A stretch of 64,000 nt of DNA from Diplonema japonicum (lineage: Eukaryota; Protista; Euglenozoa: Diplonemea), in contig OZ025726.1 in NCBI GenBank assembly GCA_964019335.1, forward strand, positions 310,001-374,000, written 5' to 3'. Of this stretch, positions 57,142-64,000 are shown one piece after another. Made by a program: the position numbers and the translations under genes. Position 1 is the stretch's first letter; every line of letters begins with the position of its first letter. The notes beneath the pieces are model-generated. The model searched no databases. It was given only the letters and a program-made list of their open reading frames with translations, and was not told the origin of the DNA.

Positions 57142-59301
57142 TCAAATCCCTATCAGATTTTCAAACAGCACCTCTGGGATGCCAAGGTGTTGTTCACCCC
57201 GTGCCCGATCGAAATATTCATCCAGAAACACAGGCAGCACCTCGGACCAGTCCGCAGCCGCGAGGCTGCAGTAATTTTCAAAATCCAAACGCGAAGCACC
57301 GCGTAGCAGCAAGAGGTCGGTATAGAACGTATCGTTTGGCAGCAACGAGCCGAGGACACACGCAGCACGCAGGGTGGGCACTCGTTCGGAGAGGGACAAG
57401 TGTTCTGCAATGGGGTTCAAAACAGTGGTGTTTGAACGCCCTGCCTTGCGAAACGCTCTTGCCATTACGGACAAATAGCCCAGCCTGTTGGAGGAACAGT
57501 CAAACCGCAAATTTTCCAAGATAGTTGCAATCTTTCTGTACACCTTGCAGGTAACCCCCGTCCATTGCAACATGACATCCCCTGCGTGTAGTGTCATCTC
57601 GAACTCTTCCCGAAGCATGGCAACACCCACCGCTCGGTGGGTTAGAACCCATACAAAGATGTCAACCGCAAGCGATTTGAATCGTACAGGCAACGCTTCT
57701 TCCGCTTCTTTTTGAAAAATCTCGGGGAAATCTGAAATTCCAAACATGTCGCTGCCACGTGTCTCGTTGTTCGCTGCAAATCGTACTTTTATCTCAAGAC
57801 CCTCCAAAAGCTTGGGGTCCAGGTCAACATAAGGCCGCTGTCTCATCCATACACCTATAACACCGCACAACTGCTTGCAGTTGAACCCTGTTATGGGGAT
57901 CTTCTTGTTTAAAACCCGGGTTTTGATGATTTCCACAGGGGATCTCGTGTAGTACTCCGACACTGAAACCAACAAAGCAAGCGATTTAAGTGTTGGCCTC
58001 TCCATTGTTTCCCGGACAAGGCTGGCTTCGTTCAAGTCGGGAAAGAGAACGCATGAACCACGCATGCTCACCAAAAGAGGTTCAGGGATGTGAGGTGGGT
58101 TGCCATGGAGGAACAAAGAGCTTGCCAACCGGTGAAACACCTTTGGGTGGTCTGAAAAATACTGCGGGGGGGTGTTCTCGATAATTGCGAGGGCGCAGCT
58201 TGAAGATGGGACCCTCTTGAACCCCGAAATGAAATGCTCGAGAATGAGCAAGAATTCGGTGTAAACACGGGGTTTCACATCACCAAGCTGCAACACGGGC
58301 ATAAGCTTTGCCGTTTCAGCCAACCCAGACCAACCTTTAGAAGTATTGTACTCTGCAATTTGTAGCATTTCCCACACGATTCGAGGCGTGGTAACAGTTT
58401 GTCGCGAGTTCTTCAGTGCTTCCAGCACGTTACCCCTGTTGATGGTTCTGACAATTCCGAGCAGAGCTGTTTCTGTCAACGATGTTCGTGTTTTGGAAAG
58501 AAACTGCTGTTTGAACCGATTCGGGACGTCAGTAAAAATCCCTGGGGATTTGTTCAAAAGCGTCGCCATCACCTCCTTTACAAAATTTTCCGTTTTCTGC
58601 GACCCGCACCAGTTTTCTGTCAGCGCAACGAGGACAGCCGCGGCGTTCTGCACCGGTATGAACTCGATCTTCCGTTTTAAATTCGTCAAGAATTTTACCG
58701 CGACCTCCTCCGAGACCATCTTGCAGCCCACCTTGCATAATATCTTGTGTAGAAACACGAAATCGGACCCCCTGGCAACATTACGAACTGCGGTTAAAAC
58801 GAGAAATGAGACCGCGCCCAAATCGGGGAAATATTGTCCGGTCGACACCAAGGCGTCGATGGCATTCAGACATTCTTCTGTTGTAAGTGTGTGCCTTTCA
58901 GAGGAGCAGAGCACCACGGTGGTAAGGTGGCGGAGGAGCACTTCAGGAACCGCCTGCAGCTTCGCGTAAGAGATCATCAAGCTGGTGCACTTTATCCCAT
59001 AGGCATGGGCTTCTTTTAGTACTGGTTCAGCCAGGTGGATTGCTGCCTGTTTGCTTCCTGCCAGACCTGCCAAAACCCCCATGTAGAAGGTCTCCTTTTT
59101 GTAATAACCGGTGCCATTGGTTTCAATGATTGTTCTCTCTATGTCCAGCCACATGTTCTTAACAGGAGGTGTGAGGTTCCGCCAGGTCTTACCGTCTCGT
59201 TCTTGCCTGAGATTCGAAATAACTTCCGCGGGAATCACCGCTAGCAAATCGTGAAGGGTGTCTTTGCATTTTTGTACAGTATGTGTATGCCGTGGGGTCA
59301 T
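57142..59301 (-). CDS. Hypothetical alpha-helical protein (719 aa)
   Basis: Long ORF on the cluster strand; no family recognised. Confidence 0.7.
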   Translation of the reverse strand: MTPRHTHTVQKCKDTLHDLLAVIPAEVISNLRQERDGKTWRNLTPPVKNMWLDIERTIIETNGTGYYKKETFYMGVLAGLAGSKQAAIHLAEPVLKEAHAYGIKCTSLMISYAKLQAVPEVLLRHLTTVVLCSSERHTLTTEECLNAIDALVSTGQYFPDLGAVSFLVLTAVRNVARGSDFVFLHKILCKVGCKMVSEEVAVKFLTNLKRKIEFIPVQNAAAVLVALTENWCGSQKTENFVKEVMATLLNKSPGIFTDVPNRFKQQFLSKTRTSLTETALLGIVRTINRGNVLEALKNSRQTVTTPRIVWEMLQIAEYNTSKGWSGLAETAKLMPVLQLGDVKPRVYTEFLLILEHFISGFKRVPSSSCALAIIENTPPQYFSDHPKVFHRLASSLFLHGNPPHIPEPLLVSMRGSCVLFPDLNEASLVRETMERPTLKSLALLVSVSEYYTRSPVEIIKTRVLNKKIPITGFNCKQLCGVIGVWMRQRPYVDLDPKLLEGLEIKVRFAANNETRGSDMFGISDFPEIFQKEAEEALPVRFKSLAVDIFVWVLTHRAVGVAMLREEFEMTLHAGDVMLQWTGVTCKVYRKIATILENLRFDCSSNRLGYLSVMARAFRKAGRSNTTVLNPIAEHLSLSERVPTLRAACVLGSLLPNDTFYTDLLLLRGASRLDFENYCSLAAADWSEVLPVFLDEYFDRARGEQHLGIPEVLFENLIGI

Positions 59302-59424
59302 GGGGGCAGCATCCCCCCTTTTTTTTTTTTTTTTTTCTCTTTTTTTTTCTTGTGGTGGAAATGTTGTTTGTGTAGCAAAACGATAGATGGGGGAATAAAA
59401 AAAAAGAGAAAAAATACACTCAGT

Positions 59425-59687
59425 TTACCAGGTAGGGTCCTTGGACTTCTTCCTCCCCTGGTCTGCCAGCTCGAAATGCTTGCATCGCTTGATGGAGGTA
59501 AGCTTCACCCTCTTGCACTTGGTGCACTGCAGTTTCAGGGAGATCTTCTTGGTGGTCTTGGCCTTCTTGTGGAACACCGGCTTGGTCTGACCACCGAACC
59601 CCTTCTGCTTGGCATCATAACGCCTCTTACCCTGGGCACACAGTCTGGACTTACCAGTCTTGTACTGAACCACCTGAAGATGTGTTT

Positions 59688-59721
<34 letters not shown>

Positions 59722-59786
59722 TTGTGGTTGTGGTAGGTGTCACAGTCCGCGCAGTAGGACTTCTTTGACTTCGGGTAGTTGACCAT
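59425..59786 (-). CDS. RPL44: 60S ribosomal protein eL42 (L44/L36a)
   Basis: Exons 59786..59721 and 59673..59425 (intron 59674-59720): [12 protein letters not shown]...[10 protein letters not shown]...[32 protein letters not shown]...KRCKHFEL...KDPTW. Confidence 0.96.
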
Positions 59787-60387
59787 TTTCCTTCTTTCTT
59801 CCCTCTTTTTTTTTTTTGTTGTAATGAAAATGATGAAAAGATGTCGGAATGAAACAAATAGAAAAAAAATAAAAGAATAGTTAGCACGAAAAAAAAAAAA
59901 ATCTTAGTATATTTTTTTAAAAAAAAGGGGGCGGGCGGGAAGGGAGGGCGAGGGAGAGAGGGGGGAAAAAACAAAAAAAAATAACTTTCCCCCCCAAATG
60001 ACACCATCTACCACCTTTTTTTTTTTCCATCCATAAATATATTCTTCTATTAAAAAAAAAGGAGAGAGGGTGACACTTTCTTTTTTTTTCTCCCTTCCTT
60101 TCTTCCTTTCCTGCTCTAGATCCCTCCCCACATCCCCACTTTCCTTTTTTTCTTTTAGTTCTCACGGTCCCTGGGAGGGGTAATTTGTGTAATTTTGAGA
60201 AAGGGAAAAACAAAAACAAAAACAAAAAAAAGAAAAGGGGGAGGGGGACCTTCACACTTTGGAACAAAAAAAAACGAAATCTAAAAAAAAAAAAAAAAAA
60301 GCTCCGGGTCTAGATGGTTAAAAAACCCACAAAATATCCCCATTTTTTCCCCCTTATTACAAAAAAAAAAAAAAATTCCCTCCGTCT

Positions 60388-61805
60388 CTACTGGTCTTGG
60401 TAAGCATGGGCGGACCCTTCGAGTTTTTTATTTTCATTGACCTTTCGGACCGCCTTGTTGAAATCTTCCTCCTTGACATAGTCCCGTTCAGCACGGATGG
60501 CGAACATACCCGCCTCGGTGCAAACATTCCTGAATTTTTTTTTTTTTTTTCCATCCCCAATTTCATACCTCAAGTCGGCCCCGTTGAACCCATCAGACAT
60601 TTTCACAACATTCTCATAATCGATGTCGCCCTGCTTGGTGATGTGTGCAGAGTGGATCTTGAGGATGTCATTCCGCCCTTGCTCGTTGGGCAAGGGGATT
60701 TCGATCTTTCTGTCGAGCCTACCAGGACGCATGAGAGCAGGGTCTAGGGTGTCGGGTCTGTTGGTAGCCATGATCATCTTGACCTTCCCGAGCTCATCGA
60801 AACCGTCTAGCTGGTTGAGCAGCTCCATGAGCGTGCGCTGGATCTCACGGTCGGATGCAGTTCCCTCCGAGTACCTCTTCCCTCCAATGGCGTCCACTTC
60901 GTCCATGAAGATGATGCAGGGCTCGTGATCCCGTGCGTAGCCGAACATCTCCCTCACAACCCTTGCAGATTCCCCAATGAACTTATCCACAATCGCACTT
61001 GCTACGACCTGCAAGGGATTTAAAAAAAAGATTTTTTTTTTTTGTTACGTGGATGATACCTTTAAAAACGACGCATCAACGTTGCACGCTATCGCCTTTG
61101 CCAGCAAGGTTTTCCCCGTACCCGGAGGACCGTACAGCAACACACCCTTTGGTGCTTTGATGCCCACTCTTGTGAAGAGCTCGGGGTTGACCAGAGGGAG
61201 TTCGATGACCTTTTTTTTTTTTTTTTTTTTTTCTTACAATACAAACCTCTCTAAGCTCCCTCATCTGCTCCTGCAGACCACCGATGGACTGGAAGGAAAT
61301 TGTCTCGTCGTCAACTTGGGACTTCATGTTGTAGACCAAGGGGTCAACCTTTTTGTGTTTTTTAAAAAAAAAAACTTTGGTCATACCTCTCTCGGGAGCA
61401 CCTTCATGATGGTGAGGGTGAGCATCTCTAGCGTGACACGGACGCCTGGTTTCAGTTTGTTTTTGTCAAGCCGTGTGCGCTTGCCTACTAGGTAACGCGG
61501 GCCGCTTGATGCTTTCACAATGTACTTCTCGCCGTCTTCGTCCACCTGTTTCAAGACCTCACCCACGATCTGCCCCACACACTGCAGCCCCTTCAGGTCG
61601 TCCTCAGACTTGTCGTATTGCGCTGTCATCTCCTTCACCTTAGCCCGCAGTTCCTTCACCTTCTTCTCTGTCTCCTGTGGTGTGTTTTTTTTTGTTTTTT
61701 TTTTTTGTTTTTGTTTCTTTTTTTTTTTCCTCCCTAACATACCCTGTGGGACTTTATCTTCCCCCTATATGACTGAACTGCCCATTCTCTCGTTACCTCT
61801 CCCAT
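60388..61805 (-). CDS. RPT4: 26S proteasome AAA-ATPase regulatory subunit RPT4 (PSMC6)
   Basis: Six exons: 61805..61743, 61674..61387, 61348..61247, 61209..61060, 61008..60569, 60529..60388. Motifs [74 protein letters not shown]. Confidence 0.95.
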
Positions 61806-61891
61806 TTTATTTTTTAATGTGTTTGCCCTTTGTGTGTTTTTTTTTAATTTTTTTTTTTTCCGTTCATCCTCGTTCCTTAAACCTATGCACC

Positions 61892-63254
61892 GCATCTCCC
61901 CCCGATGTACATACCTTACCGAGTACAGTTAACTGGTAAGGGGCAAGGTGGGGGTTAAGATCAACATTCATTACATAAAAAAAGGAAAACAATTCTATCC
62001 TTTATGCGAAGCCCTTCAACAGCTAGAAAACAAAGCAGGAGGGTATTGGTAAAGGAATGCCTGGGTAGTCAGAAATTGAGGAGACACATCGGCACTACAC
62101 AAACGAGTCACAATTTGTGTCGGCTGACCTGCTGCCTGCATAGGGCGGTTAAAATAAAAGGTGACCCCACACGTGAACGCACCTCCCTTAATGCGAAGCC
62201 CTCATATAGCTCGGAACAAAGCGTCTCCCCCCGATGTACATACCTTACCGAGTACAGTGAACTGGTAAGGGGCAAGGTGGGGGTGTAAAATAAAATTTTT
62301 ATTTTCTTCTTTAATTTCCCAAAGGAAAAACAAATCTCTCCTTTATGCGAAGCCCTTCACAGCTAGAAGACAAAGACAGGAGGGTATTGGTAAAGGAATG
62401 CCTTGGTGGGAGATGCGAAATGTAGCAAAATAAGAACAAGAGTTAAAAGAGGCCCATGTTGGTGACCTGCACTAGCACTGTCTACTTGATTACAGGGCAC
62501 GCCGGGTAACCAACACGGAAAGAAAAACAGCAGTTTTCTCTCCCGCTGCCAGTAGCCACTGCGAGACCACGAAAGGAAAGGGTCAATATGGATATGCATG
62601 CAAGCGGTGTTTCATTCTTAACACAACTCTACCCTTTATGCGAAGCCCTTCACAGCTAGAAGACAAAGCAAAGAGGGTATTGGTAAAGGGAAAAGGACTT
62701 GGAGCAAAGTCTCCCCCCGATGTACATACCTTACCGAGTACAGTGAACTGGTAAGGGGCAAGGTGGGGGTGGCTGGGCGAAATAATCTTTAGGCTTTTGT
62801 GTCTCCCGCTGCCAGTAGCCACTGCGAGACCACGAAAGGAAAGGGTCAATATGGATATGCATGCAAGCGGTGTTCCAAATAAACAAAAGTTGTGAACACA
62901 ACTCTACCCTTTATGCGAAGCCCTTCACAGCTAGAAGACAAAGCAAAGAGGGTATTGGTAAAGGGAAAAGGACAACTTTGAGACAAAGAGTCTCCCCCCG
63001 ATGTACATACCTTACCGAGTACAGTGAACTGGTAAGGGGCAAGGTGGGGGTGGCAGGGCACAAAAACGAAAGTACATAAGAAGCATATTAGACTTTCTGA
63101 TTCACTCTCCCGCTGCCAGTAGCCACTGCGAGACCACGAAAGGAAAGGGTCAATATGGATATGCATGCAAGCGGTGTTCATTCGAAACACAACTCTACCC
63201 TTTATGCGAAGCCCTTCACAGCTAGAAGGAGGGCAGGAGGGTATTGGTAAAGGG
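61892..63254 (-). ncRNA. Cluster 2 of single-hairpin H/ACA-like (AGA-box) snoRNAs; 12 full units plus 1 truncated
   Basis: C 61892-61955, A 61991-62056, truncated A ~62184-62222, C 62221-62284, A 62332-62397, B 62536-62609, A 62625-62690, C 62707-62770, B 62799-62872, A 62900-62965, C 62988-63051, B 63103-63176, A 63191-63254. Confidence 0.87.
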
Positions 63255-64000
63255 TAATTCCCTATGATTAGTGTTAGGGACGGCCGGTTAAGGACCTTAT
63301 GCTTGCAGACTGTGCTGAGCCGTATCCTTCTTCTTCCGTTCAATTCAACTCTATGCCCGTTATCGCTGTACAGAACTCCATGACGCCGTTCGTCGCCGCT
63401 TGCAGCACTTCCCGCGTAATAATAAAATTTAAATTTAAATAAAAATGGAATGAAATAACAAAGCAGTATAAGTAGAATAAAGACAAAGCTGGGTGGTTTC
63501 TGTTTTCTCTTTTTTTTTGTTTTCTAAGGACGACGGGGGGGGGGGGGGGGGGGGGCTTCCCGCTCTTCCCACAAAAGGCAGCATTTTAAAGGGAAGAAAA
63601 GGCTTGGCCAACAACATGAGCTGTTGTATTTCCTTTTTTTTCTTCTTCTTCCCTTAAGAAGAGGAAAAAAAAAAAGACAGAAACAAAGAGAGAGAAATAA
63701 GAGAAATAATAAGGGGGAAGAAAAGAAAATACTAACAAAGAACAATAATAATAAATAATAAAATGGGATGGCTAGGGGGTGGGTTCTTTTTTTTAGGTGT
63801 TTTTTTTTTTTAAAAAAAAAACTTTTTTTCTTCTAAATTTTTGTTTTCTTCTCCCCCATCTCTCAACTACTCGATTCTCGCGCTTGTTGTCCCATGCAAT
63901 GTGACAAAGAGGTGAAATAGGTAGAATAGCAGCTTTGGGGGGGAAGGGATTTGTCAATATTATGAAGAAGTGTAATGGCTTCAGGAGAAGGGGTGATGAA

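Noticed and set aside
60530-60568. In-frame insertion [13 protein letters not shown] in RPT4
   Set aside because: It is a 39-nt GT-AG intron; removing it restores the conserved [12 protein letters not shown].
61892-63254. CRISPR array
   Set aside because: There are three different 64-74-nt units rather than one repeat, spacers are reused and irregular, no cas genes are present, and the context is eukaryotic. The units fold as AGA-box snoRNAs with rRNA complementarity.
62846-63343. ORFs overlapping the snoRNA arrays
   Set aside because: They are incidental translations of the repeated RNA units, with non-ATG starts and inconsistent frames between copies.

Overview
Eukaryotic (protist) genomic DNA, most likely a euglenozoan and diplonemid-like. 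That taxon call is an inference from four things: all 18 credible protein genes (including one 51-aa microprotein candidate) lie on the minus strand as one directional cluster; cis-introns are short GT-AG; single-hairpin AGA-box snoRNAs occur in tandem clusters; and eL42 ends in a kinetoplastid-like KDPTW tail. Genes sit in homopolymer-rich (A/T/G/C run) spacers. Protein genes include a UAA-family nucleotide-sugar transporter, a MAP3K, a UvrD/Srs2 helicase, UBA2, a cullin, pectin acetylesterase, two EGF-like type I membrane paralogues, an LRR protein, an F-box/ankyrin protein, a TPR-SET-MYND protein, eL42 and RPT4. There are two tRNAs (Tyr with intron, Leu), two snoRNA arrays, a decayed TIR transposon and several MITE-like or hairpin elements. 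Most notable: (1) a 1421-aa fusion of an SLC34 Na+/phosphate cotransporter to a claudin/PMP22-like 4-TM module whose first extracellular loop carries a phytase-like domain; (2) CRISPR-looking repeat arrays that decode as three AGA-box pseudouridylation guides with identifiable rRNA targets; (3) cis-introns with poly(A) tracts where a polypyrimidine tract is expected. All family calls come from motif recognition by eye; no searches were run.
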